NCBI GenBank assembly: GCA_945877575.1
Contig: CAMDUE010000006.1
Coordinates: 32,767 to 96,766 of the forward strand
Source: Chitinophaga pinensis
Lineage (GTDB): Bacteria; Bacteroidota; Bacteroidia; NS11-12g; UBA955
DNA length: 64,000 nucleotides
Direction: 5' to 3'
Shown here: positions 39,159 to 50,556 of the stretch, in pieces
Position numbering within the stretch: position 1 is the stretch's first letter
Layout of the letters: the number at the start of each line of letters is the position of its first letter
Notes under the pieces: model-generated
Told to the model about the DNA's origin: nothing
The model's input: the letters and a program-made list of their open reading frames with translations, nothing else
Databases searched by the model: none
Made by a program: the position numbers and the translations under genes

Positions 39159-40157
39159 ATGAGTATTTATCAATTACTTAATGAACGTATAGTAATCATT
39201 GATGGTGCAATGGGCACCATGATTCAAAAGCATAAACTTTCGGAAGAGGATTATCGCGGTGAGAAGTTTGCCAATTATGAACATTCTCTGAAAGGAAATA
39301 ATGATCTTTTGGTGATTACTCAACCTCAAATTATCAAAGAAATTCACAAGGATTTTTTGAAAGCGGGTGCCGATATTTTGGAAACCAATACGTTCAACGC
39401 CAATTCAATTTCTATGGGCGATTATCACATGCAAAAATGGGTGGTAGAGCTAAATGTTGAAGCGGTGAAGTTAGCCCTTGCCGCTAGGGAAGAGTATACT
39501 CAAGAGTTTGGTGAGAGGCCTATTTTTATTGCAGGTGCTATTGGGCCTACAAACAAAACCGCCAGTTTGAGTCCTGATGTTAACAATCCAGGATATAGGG
39601 GTGTCACATTTGATGAACTTGTTGAAGCATACAGCGAACAAGTGTTGGCATTGATTGATGCTGGAGCAGATTTGCTTCTGGTTGAAACCGTTTTTGACAC
39701 GCTGAATTGTAAAGCGGCTTTATACGCAATCAATACCATTAAAGAGGAGAGGGGATTAGACATTCCGTTGATGGTTAGCGGTACCATTACAGATGCATCG
39801 GGTAGGACATTGAGTGGTCAAACAACAGAGGCATTTTATAACAGTATTTCGCACGGTAATTTGTTGAGTGTGGGTCTGAATTGTGCCTTAGGTGCTGACC
39901 AAATGCGTCAATACGTTGAGGAGCTTTCAAGGGTATCGGAAGTATTTGTGAGTTGCTATCCGAATGCCGGGTTGCCCAACGAATTTGGTGAATACGATGA
40001 CAGTCCTGAAGGAATGGCAAAGGTAATTGCGGAGTGGTGCAGTCATGGCTGGGTCAATATTGTGGGAGGTTGTTGTGGAACTACTCCAGATCATATTCGC
40101 GCAATCGCCCTTGAATGCAAGAAATTTGCGCCAAGACCAATACCATCAAGGGCGTAA
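39159..40157 (+). CDS. Homocysteine S-methyltransferase domain protein (stand-alone MetH N-terminal module)
   Basis: Collinear with the MetH Hcy-binding domain ([23 protein letters not shown]). Zinc ligands in NCALG and [11 protein letters not shown]. Ends at the interdomain linker. Confidence 0.85.
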   Translation: MSIYQLLNERIVIIDGAMGTMIQKHKLSEEDYRGEKFANYEHSLKGNNDLLVITQPQIIKEIHKDFLKAGADILETNTFNANSISMGDYHMQKWVVELNVEAVKLALAAREEYTQEFGERPIFIAGAIGPTNKTASLSPDVNNPGYRGVTFDELVEAYSEQVLALIDAGADLLLVETVFDTLNCKAALYAINTIKEERGLDIPLMVSGTITDASGRTLSGQTTEAFYNSISHGNLLSVGLNCALGADQMRQYVEELSRVSEVFVSCYPNAGLPNEFGEYDDSPEGMAKVIAEWCSHGWVNIVGGCCGTTPDHIRAIALECKKFAPRPIPSRA

Positions 40158-40205
40158 GTGTCATTCTGACACTTTGAAAATCAATAATTTTAAAGAAAAA
40201 AAGGT

Positions 40206-40213
40206 TAAATTTG
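40206..40213 (+). promoter_or_regulatory. Candidate -7 promoter box (TAnnTTTG)
   Basis: TAAATTTG lies 12 nt upstream of the ATG at 40226. It is preceded by a GTGTCA-TTC-TGACAC hairpin (40158-40172). Confidence 0.3.
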
Positions 40214-40225
40214 CACTTTAATTCA

Positions 40226-41329
40226 ATGGCAGACGTTCAATTTGAAACAAAACCTGCGACTAAGTTCGACTTATTTGCAGGATTAGAATCAACCAACCAC
40301 GAGCAAATCGTTTTTTGTCAAGACAACGCAACCGGTTTGAAAGCAATCATTGCTATTCATAATACCGTGTTGGGTCCTGGGTTAGGTGGTACGAGAATGT
40401 GGTATTACGAGCACGAAAAAGATGCCGTAAGAGACGCTTTAAGATTGTCACGCGGAATGACCTACAAGGCGGCCGTTGCTGGTTTGAACTTGGGCGGAGC
40501 AAAAGCTGTAATCATTGGCGACCCCAAAACTCAAAAAAGCGAAGCTTTAATGAGAAAATTTGGTCGTTTTGTCAACAATTTAAACGGTAAATACATTACC
40601 GCTGAAGATGTAGGAACAACCACCAAAGACATGGAGTACGTGCAAATGGAAACAGATCACGTGGTAGGATTACCTGAATCTATGGGTGGCGGCGGAGATC
40701 CTTCTCCAGTTACTGCTTATGGTACTTACATGGGTATAAAGGCTTCTGCTAAAATTGCATACGGTACAGATTCTCTCGAAGGAAAAAGTGTAGCCGTTTT
40801 GGGTATTGGTAAAGTGGGTTGGCATTTATTGGAATACCTTCACAAAGAAGGTGTTAAGTTGTATGTTGCCGATATCAACCAAGATGTTTTAGCTAAAGCA
40901 GCCAATGAATTTGGAGCTATAGTAGTGTCTATCGATGATATGATTGGTTTAGATGTTGATGTATTTGCACCTTGTGCATTGGGTGGGATTTTAAATGAAA
41001 ATACCATCTCAAAATTAAAGTGTCAAATCATTGCCGGAGCTGCCAATAATCAACTTGAAGATGAAAAAGTTCACGGAGATAAATTAAAAGAAATGGGCAT
41101 TATTTATGCGCCTGATTTTGTAATTAATTCTGGTGGACTTATCAACGTTTATTCTGAATACACTGGGTATGTTAGAGAGAGAGCTTTAGCTCAAACCGAA
41201 AACATTTACCAAACCATTCTTGATATCAACAAAATGGCCGTTGATCATAACATTAACAACCAAATTGCTGCTATTAAGCACGCTGAAAAGCGCATCAATG
41301 ATATGATGTTGGTGAAGAGTACTTATTAA
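40226..41329 (+). CDS. Leucine/phenylalanine/valine dehydrogenase family protein
   Basis: GPGLGGTRMW, catalytic-Lys region LGGAKAVI and Rossmann motif LGIGKVG. Start at MADVQFE. Confidence 0.85.
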   Translation: MADVQFETKPATKFDLFAGLESTNHEQIVFCQDNATGLKAIIAIHNTVLGPGLGGTRMWYYEHEKDAVRDALRLSRGMTYKAAVAGLNLGGAKAVIIGDPKTQKSEALMRKFGRFVNNLNGKYITAEDVGTTTKDMEYVQMETDHVVGLPESMGGGGDPSPVTAYGTYMGIKASAKIAYGTDSLEGKSVAVLGIGKVGWHLLEYLHKEGVKLYVADINQDVLAKAANEFGAIVVSIDDMIGLDVDVFAPCALGGILNENTISKLKCQIIAGAANNQLEDEKVHGDKLKEMGIIYAPDFVINSGGLINVYSEYTGYVRERALAQTENIYQTILDINKMAVDHNINNQIAAIKHAEKRINDMMLVKSTY

Positions 41330-41357
41330 GTTAATTTTATATACATATTAATTTTAT

Positions 41358-41390
41358 AAAAAGCCCCAAATTCGGGGCTTTTCTTTTATT
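41358..41390 (+). terminator. Rho-independent terminator
   Basis: AAGCCCC-AAATTC-GGGGCTT followed by a T-rich run. Confidence 0.8.
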
Positions 41391-41398
41391 TTCGCCTT

Positions 41399-42910
41399 AT
41401 GTCCCAAAATTCTTTGTGGTCAAACTTTTTTAAAGTCCGCAGAAATTCTAGTGCTGCTATTATTGCATTGCTAGGAATAACACTGGTATACCTAGGTGTT
41501 GCCTGCAGCGCTGAAGATCCAGCGGGTGGACAAGATTCCTGGAATCATTATTTATTTGCTCGTTGGTGCTTCAAACATCCTGAGCTCATGCTTGATTTGT
41601 GGGCAAAGCCATTTTTCACCATTCTAGCCGCCCCATTTGCTCAATTTTCCATTCATGCCGTTTATATGCTCAACATGATTGCTACACTGGGAGCTGCTTG
41701 GATGACCTATTTGACTGGTCGTAAATTGGGCATGAGAAATCCTTGGACATTGATTCTCCTGGTGGGTTTACAGCCCGTTGTTTTAGCCAATGTTTATTCA
41801 GCTCTTACCGAACCAACCAACGCCCTCGTATTGAGTATTATCTTGTACTTGTTCGCCTCTCATAGATTCAAAACGGCTTTGATTGTTGCCTCGTTTTTGC
41901 CCTTGGTGAGGAGTGAAGGTTTAGTCATGATTGCGTGCATTGTTCCCTATGTGATCTCACGGAAACAATGGAAAAGTTTATATTGGTTGTTCTCTGGAAC
42001 AGTGGTTTTTGCCATTCTAGGAGCTCTAATTACCAAGGAATGGGATTATTTCTTAACACATAATCCTTATATCAAATTTGAAAAAGAGGGCGTTTTTGAT
42101 CCTGGGCATGGCTCTTTTTTGCACTACATAGAATCCCAACGTTACATCACCGGAATTTGGATCACCATCCTCATCGTTTTTGCTCTGTTTTTGTGTATTC
42201 AATATGTAATTCAACGATTGAAGAATAAAACTCCCCATGAAATGAGTCAGTTATTATTGTGGCTCTGGTTACCGCTTTTCTTGGGATATGGATTTGTGCA
42301 CAGTTTCATTTGGTGGACCGGAACCATGGGGTCACATGGTCTTCATCGGGTTTTTATGGCTGTAGCCCCAGTGTCGGCCCTAATTGCTCAATTTTCCATT
42401 CATAGAATGATGTCATACGATGTAAGATTGATCAATATTTCATTGAAAGTTTTAACCTCTTTGGGGTGTTTCTTTATTGCATTTCCAGGTGCTCAAATGC
42501 CTTATCCGTGGAAATGGAACTCTAATGCTCCCATTCAGGGTTTTCCTGGCAATCAAAACTTGGAAAAAGCATTCAATTTCATTGATTCTGCAGGATATAA
42601 ACATTTACCATTGGTTCACCAAATTCCCCTAATCAATGTTAAAAGGGATTTAGATCCATTTTTTAATTTAAGCAATCTTCAAGAAGCATCCACATTTTAC
42701 ATTTGGACCATAGACAAACGCCCAGGGTATGATTGGCTACCAGATTCGTTGGTGGTGATTTGGGATAATTTCCATGCCCGCAGAGATGCACCCATGCCAT
42801 TAAAGGATATGAGGTTATTAGAAGATTACAAGGAAATTGCGTATTTCCCTTCAGAAAAAGATTCTATTTACGATGTGCGGGTATTTCTTAAGTCGCGCAA
42901 ACGCAACTGA
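41399..42910 (+). CDS. Polytopic membrane protein, GT-C/ArnT-like glycosyltransferase fold candidate
   Basis: 503 aa with about 10 N-terminal TM segments followed by a soluble C-terminal domain. The assignment rests on architecture only. Confidence 0.4.
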   Translation: MSQNSLWSNFFKVRRNSSAAIIALLGITLVYLGVACSAEDPAGGQDSWNHYLFARWCFKHPELMLDLWAKPFFTILAAPFAQFSIHAVYMLNMIATLGAAWMTYLTGRKLGMRNPWTLILLVGLQPVVLANVYSALTEPTNALVLSIILYLFASHRFKTALIVASFLPLVRSEGLVMIACIVPYVISRKQWKSLYWLFSGTVVFAILGALITKEWDYFLTHNPYIKFEKEGVFDPGHGSFLHYIESQRYITGIWITILIVFALFLCIQYVIQRLKNKTPHEMSQLLLWLWLPLFLGYGFVHSFIWWTGTMGSHGLHRVFMAVAPVSALIAQFSIHRMMSYDVRLINISLKVLTSLGCFFIAFPGAQMPYPWKWNSNAPIQGFPGNQNLEKAFNFIDSAGYKHLPLVHQIPLINVKRDLDPFFNLSNLQEASTFYIWTIDKRPGYDWLPDSLVVIWDNFHARRDAPMPLKDMRLLEDYKEIAYFPSEKDSIYDVRVFLKSRKRN

Positions 42911-44577
42911 AGCTTAACCTGCCCGTTGTAGAAGTTCTCTTCAATGCAATAACAAGCATCGAAGATAGCACCATTGGTCACAATGGGTAGCTGCTCGGCC
43001 AATCCAAATCCAATTCCATCAATCATGAAACGACTGTTTTGTTGAAGTTGTAATTTGAGGTGTTTGTCTTTTAATATTCTAGGACTATTATTCGATTTTA
43101 GTCCTTGGGACATAAAAATAGGCTGGGGGTTTCCGGGGCCGAAAGGTGACATTTGACCTATGAGCTTCATCATATTTGGGGTGATGCTGTCAATGTCAAT
43201 TTCTAAGTCGTATTCAACCTCTGGTGTCAAAGATGCATTTTGGATATCTCTCGCAACAATGCCTTCGAATTTCTCAACAAATGCATCGAAATTCTCAGCC
43301 TTGAGGCTCAATCCTGCTGCGTATTTGTGTCCTCCGAATTGCTCCACTAAGTCAGAACATTGAGTGATTGCTTCATGAATGTCAAAGTTTTTAACACTTC
43401 GAGCGGAGCCTGTCAACATTCCGTCGTTGAGTGAAAACACAATGGTGGGTTTGTAATATTGCTCAACCATTCGGCTAGCAACGATTCCAATGACGCCCTT
43501 GTGCCATTCATCACCCTTTATAACCACGCTTCTTCGGTTAGCCATGTCTGGATGCGAATTGATCAGTTCAATGGCTGTCTTTGTAATGTCTGTATCTAAT
43601 TCCTTACGTTCATCGTTGCGGTCATTTAACACGCGCGATAATTGCATGGCTTTGGTGTATTCTGTTTCGATGAGGACCCTAACCGCTGCTTTTGCATCGG
43701 AAATTCGTCCTGCGGCATTGATTTTAGGTCCAATTCCAAAAACGATGTCTTGAATGCTATAAGATTGTTTTTTAGGGCCGCCATCCATGAGCGCTTGAAG
43801 TCCTAAAGACGGATTTTCATTGAGCTTTTTAAGTCCGTAATAGGCCAAAATGCGATTTTCGCCGCGCATGTCAACCATATCGGCAGCAATGCTTACAGCA
43901 ACTAGGTCTATGTATTCTAAGGCTTTCTCATCTGAAAATCCTTCGCGTTTGGAATATCCTTGAAGTAGTTTAAATCCTATACCTGCACCAGAAAGTTCTT
44001 TGTACGGGTAGTCACAATCTTTTCTTTTGGGATTCAGAATTGCAGCGGCATTGGGCAGTTCAGCACCCGGAAGATGGTGGTCACAGATGATGAAATCAAT
44101 ACCTATTGATTTGGCATAATCAACCAATTCATTAGAGCGTATTCCACAATCGAGTGCAATGATTAGGGTTACGCCATTTTCTTTAGCATGGTCGATACCC
44201 ATTTTGGAAATTCCGTAACCTTCTTTGTAACGATCAGGTATATAATACTCAATGTTTTGATTGAGTGTTTTAAAGTACGAATAAACCAAGCTTACGGCTG
44301 TAGTGCCATCAACATCATAGTCGCCATAAACCATTAAAGATTCTTGAGCCTTTATGGCATCTTTAATGCGTCTATACGCCAATTCCATGTCCTTCATTAA
44401 ATAAGGATCATGCAATTCGCTCAGGGCTGGTCGGAAGAAGTTTTTAGCCTTATCATAGGTGTCAATTTCGCGTTGCACCAAAATGGTTGCCATGGGCTCA
44501 GAAACGTTCAATTCCTTGGAAAGCCGAGCTACAATTTCTTGATTGGGAAGTGATTTTGCAGTCCACCGAATTTCCAT
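42868..44577 (-). CDS. recJ: Single-stranded-DNA-specific exonuclease RecJ
   Basis: DHH motifs (YGDYDVDGTT, ALDCG, ICDHHLPG) and DHHA1 GGHKYAAG. Confidence 0.95.
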   Translation of the reverse strand: MEIRWTAKSLPNQEIVARLSKELNVSEPMATILVQREIDTYDKAKNFFRPALSELHDPYLMKDMELAYRRIKDAIKAQESLMVYGDYDVDGTTAVSLVYSYFKTLNQNIEYYIPDRYKEGYGISKMGIDHAKENGVTLIIALDCGIRSNELVDYAKSIGIDFIICDHHLPGAELPNAAAILNPKRKDCDYPYKELSGAGIGFKLLQGYSKREGFSDEKALEYIDLVAVSIAADMVDMRGENRILAYYGLKKLNENPSLGLQALMDGGPKKQSYSIQDIVFGIGPKINAAGRISDAKAAVRVLIETEYTKAMQLSRVLNDRNDERKELDTDITKTAIELINSHPDMANRRSVVIKGDEWHKGVIGIVASRMVEQYYKPTIVFSLNDGMLTGSARSVKNFDIHEAITQCSDLVEQFGGHKYAAGLSLKAENFDAFVEKFEGIVARDIQNASLTPEVEYDLEIDIDSITPNMMKLIGQMSPFGPGNPQPIFMSQGLKSNNSPRILKDKHLKLQLQQNSRFMIDGIGFGLAEQLPIVTNGAIFDACYCIEENFYNGQVKLQLRLRDLRNTRTS

Positions 44578-44633
44578 AGAACTGCAAAAATCGGCATTTT
44601 TTTATGATGTTTTATAACTATCTTTGAATTAAT

Positions 44634-45716
44634 ATGAAAAAACACTCCATGCTTTGGCTGTTGTTGGGTTTGATTGGTGTCGCAAAAGGCCAAATTACAA
44701 TATCAAAATCCTCCATGCCAGCTGCTGGAGATACCATTCGATTTTCTACCGCTTTGCCAACAGATTTGCCTTCTAGTTGGATGAAAAACGGAGCTAGTCA
44801 ATCGTGGGATTTTTCAAAAATCGAGGCTCAAACCTCAGAATTGAGAGAATATCAGAGTGCTTCTAAAACGCCGTATGCTTTTTATTTTTTCGGACAAACT
44901 GGTTTGAAAACTGCTGATACCATTGGTGGCGGACCAATAACCTTTACCAATGTGTATTCATTTTACAGTGCTTCAAATACGGTTTTCAAAGCCGAAGGTT
45001 TAGGTTATTCATACAGTGGTATCCCTTTAGCAAGCATGTATGAAGACGAGGATGAAATTTATCAGTTTCCCCTTCAATACAACGATTCAGATGTTAGCAC
45101 TTACAAGTTTACTTTTGCTATTCCTGGGCAACAACTTTTTAGTTTTAAACAAGCAGGAAAAAGAACCAATGTGGTAGATGCATGGGGTAGTATTAAAACG
45201 CCTTACAAAGAGTATACTGACGTCATTAGGGTAAAAACGTTTGTAGATGGTACAGACACCATAGAAACACAGTTTTTTAAACAAGGATTTCCACGCAAAC
45301 AAATCATCTATCAATGGTTGGCAACTTCTGAAAAGATTCCAGTCATGGAGGTTTCAGGGCAATTGAGCGCCACAAATCAATTTGTTCCTAATCAAGTTAG
45401 ATTTCGTGATAAATACAACGGACTAAGCGGTGGAGGATTTAATCCGCTGGGAGTGGAAGAATTTACATCAAAAGCCATCGCGGTTCATCCTAATCCTTCA
45501 TCAGATAAAATCACCGTGAGTTGTTTGGTGCCTACTTTGGTTCCTTTCGTTGCACCCGAAGAACTCCCCGTGTTTAATAGCGTTGGACAATCATTCATCT
45601 TGAAGAGATTGCCCATGACAGAGAATAATTACAACACCTATTCCATTGAACAATTGCCTTCAGGTATGTACTGGATGCAAATTTGGGGTGGCGCGTTGCG
45701 ATTCGCAAAAGATTAA
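44634..45716 (+). CDS. Secreted protein with a T9SS type-A C-terminal sorting domain
   Basis: Signal peptide, plus a C-terminal VHPNPSSDKITV...LPSGMYWMQI pattern. Confidence 0.6.
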   Translation: MKKHSMLWLLLGLIGVAKGQITISKSSMPAAGDTIRFSTALPTDLPSSWMKNGASQSWDFSKIEAQTSELREYQSASKTPYAFYFFGQTGLKTADTIGGGPITFTNVYSFYSASNTVFKAEGLGYSYSGIPLASMYEDEDEIYQFPLQYNDSDVSTYKFTFAIPGQQLFSFKQAGKRTNVVDAWGSIKTPYKEYTDVIRVKTFVDGTDTIETQFFKQGFPRKQIIYQWLATSEKIPVMEVSGQLSATNQFVPNQVRFRDKYNGLSGGGFNPLGVEEFTSKAIAVHPNPSSDKITVSCLVPTLVPFVAPEELPVFNSVGQSFILKRLPMTENNYNTYSIEQLPSGMYWMQIWGGALRFAKD

Positions 45717-45724
45717 TTTACTTC

Positions 45725-46807
45725 ATGATAATATCAGTTTTTAAAGAAAGAAGAGATGCTGAAAACAGAGTGTCAATGACACCTACCGTTGCAGCAAATC
45801 TTCTGAAAATGGGTTTTGAGGTTTGGGTAGAAAATGGCGCTGGTGCGCCTGCCCACTTTTCCGATGAATCCTACATCTCAGCAGGTGCAAGTATTAAGCC
45901 CTTCAACGAGTTAAAGTCGGCAGATGTGTACGTTCAAATCAACGTGCCTACCACTGACATACTTAGCCAACTTCCAGATAATAAAATTTGGATTTCTAAC
46001 GTATACCACCGCTCCAATACAGAACTAGTGGAACAATTACAGGCCAAGAAATGGTCTGTTTTTTCGTTAGACGCAATTCCTAGAATCTCAAGAGCTCAGT
46101 CTATGGACGTGCTCTCGTCTCAGGCTAACTTGGCCGGATACAGGGCGGTAATAGAAGGCGCGTATCATCTAGATAAGATTTTTCCCTTGTTGATGACCGC
46201 CGCTGGAACTGTGACACCCGCTAAAGTGTTGATTTTTGGTGTGGGTGTTGCTGGATTGCAGGCTATTGCCACCGCTAAACGTTTAGGTGCTGTAGTTGAA
46301 GCTACTGACGTCCGCCCCGAAACTAAAGAACAGGTTCAAAGTTTGGGAGGAAAATTCATTGAAGTTAAAGGAGTTGAAGTAGGAAGCGAAGGTGGATATG
46401 CAAAAGAAGCAACCGATGAATACAGAAAGGCCCAACGAGAGGCTGTAAATAAATCATTGGCTCAAGCAGATTTAGTCATTACCACTGCATTGGTCCCCGG
46501 AAAAAAAGCACCAATCTTAATTGATGATGAGCAATTGTCGCTTATGAAAAACGGCAGCATTATTGTTGACATGGCCGCCGAACAGGGAGGAAATTGCGCT
46601 CAAACAAAGGCAAACGAAATTTATGTTCATAATGGCGTAAAAATCATTGGTTCTGTAAATCTTCCATCGAGTTTGAGTTCCAATGCATCTGAGTTGTTTG
46701 CCCGAAACATCTGGGAACTTCTCAAACTGATTGGTCCTAAAGGAACCATCGAATTTAACCTTGAAGATGAAATTGTTCAAGGATGTTTAATCTCTCACAC
46801 GGCTTAA
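45725..46807 (+). CDS. pntAA: NAD(P) transhydrogenase subunit alpha, part 1
   Basis: Alanine-dehydrogenase/PNT fold with the Rossmann motif FGVGVAGLQA. Start at MIISVFKE. Confidence 0.9.
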   Translation: MIISVFKERRDAENRVSMTPTVAANLLKMGFEVWVENGAGAPAHFSDESYISAGASIKPFNELKSADVYVQINVPTTDILSQLPDNKIWISNVYHRSNTELVEQLQAKKWSVFSLDAIPRISRAQSMDVLSSQANLAGYRAVIEGAYHLDKIFPLLMTAAGTVTPAKVLIFGVGVAGLQAIATAKRLGAVVEATDVRPETKEQVQSLGGKFIEVKGVEVGSEGGYAKEATDEYRKAQREAVNKSLAQADLVITTALVPGKKAPILIDDEQLSLMKNGSIIVDMAAEQGGNCAQTKANEIYVHNGVKIIGSVNLPSSLSSNASELFARNIWELLKLIGPKGTIEFNLEDEIVQGCLISHTA

Positions 46808-46811
46808 TTTT

Positions 46812-47126
46812 ATGAACAGCATTATTGAATTTATAGGACAAAATATTACCTATATATACCTCATTATTTTGATGGTTTTTGTAGGTATTGAATTGATTTC
46901 TCACGTTCCATCTGTATTGCATACCCCCTTAATGAGTGGCGCTAATGCCATTCACGGAGTAGTATTGATTGGGGCCATTATTGTACTTGGACATGCAGAT
47001 TCTAACGATTATTTCTCATTGATTGTCGGATTTGTAGGGGTTCTAGTTGGAACGCTTAACGTGATTGGTGGCTTCGTGGTGACTGATCGCATGTTGGAAA
47101 TGTTTAAGAAAAAGCCCAAGAAATAA
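46812..47126 (+). CDS. pntAB: NAD(P) transhydrogenase subunit alpha, part 2 (membrane)
   Basis: 104 aa with 3 TM segments, lying between pntAA and pntB. Confidence 0.85.
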   Translation: MNSIIEFIGQNITYIYLIILMVFVGIELISHVPSVLHTPLMSGANAIHGVVLIGAIIVLGHADSNDYFSLIVGFVGVLVGTLNVIGGFVVTDRMLEMFKKKPKK

Positions 47127-47129
47127 ACC

Positions 47130-48527
47130 ATGAATCATTTACAAGAAATTGCATACCTCATCGGATCTGTTGGATTTGTAGTGGGTTTAAAAATGATGGG
47201 TAAGGCAGATTCTGCCCGAAAAGGAAACCTCGTTGCTGCTTTTGGTATGGCAGTTGCCGTGATTGGCACCCTGTTCATTGGCGAAAATGGCTTTTATCTT
47301 ATTCCCAATTTTGGACTCATCATGGGGGCCATACTTTTGGGAACTGTAGTGGGAACTTTAATGGCAAAGCGTGTTCAAATGACCGCTATGCCTGAAATGG
47401 TTTCCTTATTTAACGGTATGGGAGGATTAGCCGCTGCGTTGATTTCTATCATCGAATGGCAACACGTTGAGGCTGGCATCTCTTTGGGAATGTTTATTCC
47501 TATTATAGCCGGTTTGATTATAGGTACCGTTTCTTTCGTGGGAAGTATTGTTGCCTGGGGTAAATTGAATGGTAGAATTGGTGATTTCCGCTTCGCGGGA
47601 CAGCAATACATTAATGCGGTAATTCTTATTATTATTTTGGGTGCAGCTTGGGTAACTTATGGCGAAGCTCAGGTTTCTGGCGGACATGGATCTTTAACCT
47701 TTTTCTACTTGACCATGATCGTTGCCGTTGTTTATGGATTGCTATTTGTTTTCCCTATTGGGGGGGCAGATATGCCGGTGGTAATTTCTTTGCTAAACTC
47801 ATTTACAGGTGTTGCTGCAGCCTGCGGCGGATTCTTATACGATAACAATGTCATGTTGATGGGTGGAGTTTTGGTTGGATCTGCAGGAACCATTTTGACG
47901 GTGGTGATGTGTAAGGCCATGAATCGTTCATTAACCAATGTTCTCATTGGAATGGCAGGTTCAAACTCAAGTTCATCTGGTGCTGCGGTTACAGGAAGTG
48001 TTCGAGAAGTGCAAGCTACTGACGTGGCTATCATGATGAAATACGCTCAAAAAGTGGTGATTGTTCCTGGTTACGGATTAGCAGTTGCTCAAGCCCAACA
48101 CGTTTGTCACGAATTGGAAAACATCCTTCTAGAAGAAGGGGTAGATGTAAAATACGCCATTCATCCAGTTGCAGGACGTATGCCTGGTCACATGAACGTA
48201 TTGCTTGCTGAAAGTAACGTTGAGTATGACAAACTGATTGAAATGGAAGAAATCAATCCTGAGTTCGCTACTACAGACGTGGTATTGGTTGTGGGTGCCA
48301 ATGACGTAGTAAATCCTGCTGCGAAAAATGACCCTACAAGTCCCATTTACGGCATGCCTATACTAGATGTAGACAATGCAAAGCAAATAGTGGTACTAAA
48401 ACGAAGCATGAAATCAGGTTACGCGGGCATCGAAAATGCGCTTTTCTTTGACCCTAAATGCGGAATGTTGTTTGGAGATGCCAAAGACAGTCTTCAAAAA
48501 CTAGTTACCGAAGTTAAGGCATTATAA
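47130..48527 (+). CDS. pntB: NAD(P) transhydrogenase subunit beta
   Basis: N-terminal polytopic domain plus a C-terminal dIII domain (VPGYGLAVAQAQ, HPVAGRMPGHMNVLLAE). Confidence 0.95.
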   Translation: MNHLQEIAYLIGSVGFVVGLKMMGKADSARKGNLVAAFGMAVAVIGTLFIGENGFYLIPNFGLIMGAILLGTVVGTLMAKRVQMTAMPEMVSLFNGMGGLAAALISIIEWQHVEAGISLGMFIPIIAGLIIGTVSFVGSIVAWGKLNGRIGDFRFAGQQYINAVILIIILGAAWVTYGEAQVSGGHGSLTFFYLTMIVAVVYGLLFVFPIGGADMPVVISLLNSFTGVAAACGGFLYDNNVMLMGGVLVGSAGTILTVVMCKAMNRSLTNVLIGMAGSNSSSSGAAVTGSVREVQATDVAIMMKYAQKVVIVPGYGLAVAQAQHVCHELENILLEEGVDVKYAIHPVAGRMPGHMNVLLAESNVEYDKLIEMEEINPEFATTDVVLVVGANDVVNPAAKNDPTSPIYGMPILDVDNAKQIVVLKRSMKSGYAGIENALFFDPKCGMLFGDAKDSLQKLVTEVKAL

Positions 48528-48539
48528 ATCATTTGATTT

Positions 48540-50534
48540 TCAGTCTGCACTGAAAAGTTCATCCAATAGTTCTTCTACTTGTTCCCAAGATTGAACAGGT
48601 TCAAAACAGCGGTCACCAGAGCAGATATAATATCCCTCTTGGCCGCTGTTTTCTTTTGTAATACTCATCCAAGAAGGAAAATGAGCAAGTTGGTCATTAG
48701 GTGGTATCTGTAGGTCTCCTCTAACAATAATGTGAGCATCTCCATAAGTCAACATATTGTGCAGTCTTGCCCATCCGCTATACCATCCCGGAAACTTTTC
48801 TATATGCTGAGCCATCGGCTTAATCAGAATGTCAAAAATCTCCTTGTACTCTATCTGCGAGGTTTGGGTGAACAAGAAATACAAAACTTCAGACATTAAG
48901 GTGTTGCTACCGGGAATGACATCATCGGTAGAATCAGACTTTTTGATGATTAATTTTTCTGCATCTGATGATGTAAAATTGAAAATTCCCTGATCTTTCT
49001 GGTAGAACAATTCAATTGCTCGATCTGCCAATTCTTGTGCAAATTTTAACCATTTATCATCAAGTGTGGCTTTGAAGAGTTCAATATATCCCAATGAAAC
49101 AGAGGCATAATCTTCCAAAAATCCTTCCGTATAAGTTTCACCCTGCGCGTGAATGCGATAAATTTTGTGGTCTTTAATGAGCGTGGATTTAATCCAATTA
49201 CCCAATTCAATGGCTTCCTGTATGTATTGTAAATTTAGGAATTTCCCTGCTTGACAAAGCCCTTTAAGCATCAATCCGTTCCACGATGCGATGATTTTGT
49301 AATCGAGAGAAGGTCTGTTTCTCGTGGCCTGTGCATTAAACAATTTCCCCAAAACCGAAAACTTCAAAGAATGATATTCTTCAGCCGAAATTTTTACATC
49401 TTCAAGCACTTGCAGGGGAGCCTTATTTACATGAATGATATTCAACTCATGCTCCCAGTTCCCATCTTCCTTAATATTTGACCAATGAGTCAGCCATTCA
49501 AGTTCTTTTTCGTTGAGGGTCTCTTTTAATTCTTGGGACGTGAAAGTGTAATATTTTCCTTCAATTCCATCGGAGTCGGCATCCAGTCCTGAGTAAAATC
49601 CGCCATTCTTATCTTTAAGTTCTCGGATGCAAAAATCGATGGTTTGTTCCGCTACTTGTTTGAAAATATCGGCTTGACTCCAAGCAAATGCCCGAGAATA
49701 AAGTCCAATCAACTGCGCATTATCATAAAGCATCTTCTCGAAATGAGGAGCAAACCACTTTGCATCGGTGCTGTATCGGTAGAAGCCACCTCTTACGTGG
49801 TCGTAAATTCCGCCGTTGGCCATTTTTAGCAGACTCAATTGAAGATAGTCTTTTGCTGTAGGGTCATTCGATGCCAAGAAATAATCGAAGGTATATTCAA
49901 ATTGAATGGGCACGGGGAATTTCGGAGCGCGTTTTTTTGCACCCTCTTCCCAATCTATATCTTCTGCATATTTTGCAAAAATCTCCGCTGCCATCATTTT
50001 GGAAATTTGCAAATTTCCCAACACTTTGGGTTGAGCATTCATTTTATTCAATTCATCCATGAACTTATCTGCATATTCCAAGAATTTTTCAGGATCACTT
50101 TGGTATTGAGTAGATAATTGCAAGACAATTTGTTGCCATTGCGGCTTTTGGAAATAAGTGCCTGCATAAATGGGTCGCCCGTCAGGAAGGCAGATTACAT
50201 TCAATGGCCAACCACCTCTTCCCGTCATCAATTGGCAAGCATCCATGTAAACCATGTCAATATCTGGACGTTCTTCTCGGTCAACTTTGATATTGATCAA
50301 AGCCAAATTCATAATTTCGGCGGTTTGATGATCTTCGAAACTTTCTCTCTCCATGACATGGCACCAATGACAGGTGCTGTAACCAATGCTCACCAAAACC
50401 AACTTATTTTGACTTTTAGCCATTGTCCAAGAAGCATCACCCCACGGTTGCCATTCTACCGGATTGTAGGCGTGTTGTTGTAGGTAAGGACTTTTGCAAG
50501 AGATTAGTGCATTGGGTGGATTATTGGAATTCAT
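48540..50534 (-). CDS. Thioredoxin-domain protein (DUF255/YyaL type) with an (alpha/alpha)6-barrel C-terminal region
   Basis: [10 protein letters not shown] motif; about 665 aa. Likely start at MNSNNPP. Confidence 0.85.
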   Translation of the reverse strand: MNSNNPPNALISCKSPYLQQHAYNPVEWQPWGDASWTMAKSQNKLVLVSIGYSTCHWCHVMERESFEDHQTAEIMNLALINIKVDREERPDIDMVYMDACQLMTGRGGWPLNVICLPDGRPIYAGTYFQKPQWQQIVLQLSTQYQSDPEKFLEYADKFMDELNKMNAQPKVLGNLQISKMMAAEIFAKYAEDIDWEEGAKKRAPKFPVPIQFEYTFDYFLASNDPTAKDYLQLSLLKMANGGIYDHVRGGFYRYSTDAKWFAPHFEKMLYDNAQLIGLYSRAFAWSQADIFKQVAEQTIDFCIRELKDKNGGFYSGLDADSDGIEGKYYTFTSQELKETLNEKELEWLTHWSNIKEDGNWEHELNIIHVNKAPLQVLEDVKISAEEYHSLKFSVLGKLFNAQATRNRPSLDYKIIASWNGLMLKGLCQAGKFLNLQYIQEAIELGNWIKSTLIKDHKIYRIHAQGETYTEGFLEDYASVSLGYIELFKATLDDKWLKFAQELADRAIELFYQKDQGIFNFTSSDAEKLIIKKSDSTDDVIPGSNTLMSEVLYFLFTQTSQIEYKEIFDILIKPMAQHIEKFPGWYSGWARLHNMLTYGDAHIIVRGDLQIPPNDQLAHFPSWMSITKENSGQEGYYICSGDRCFEPVQSWEQVEELLDELFSAD

Positions 50535-50556
50535 GAGAATGTTGTAGTTTAGCGGT

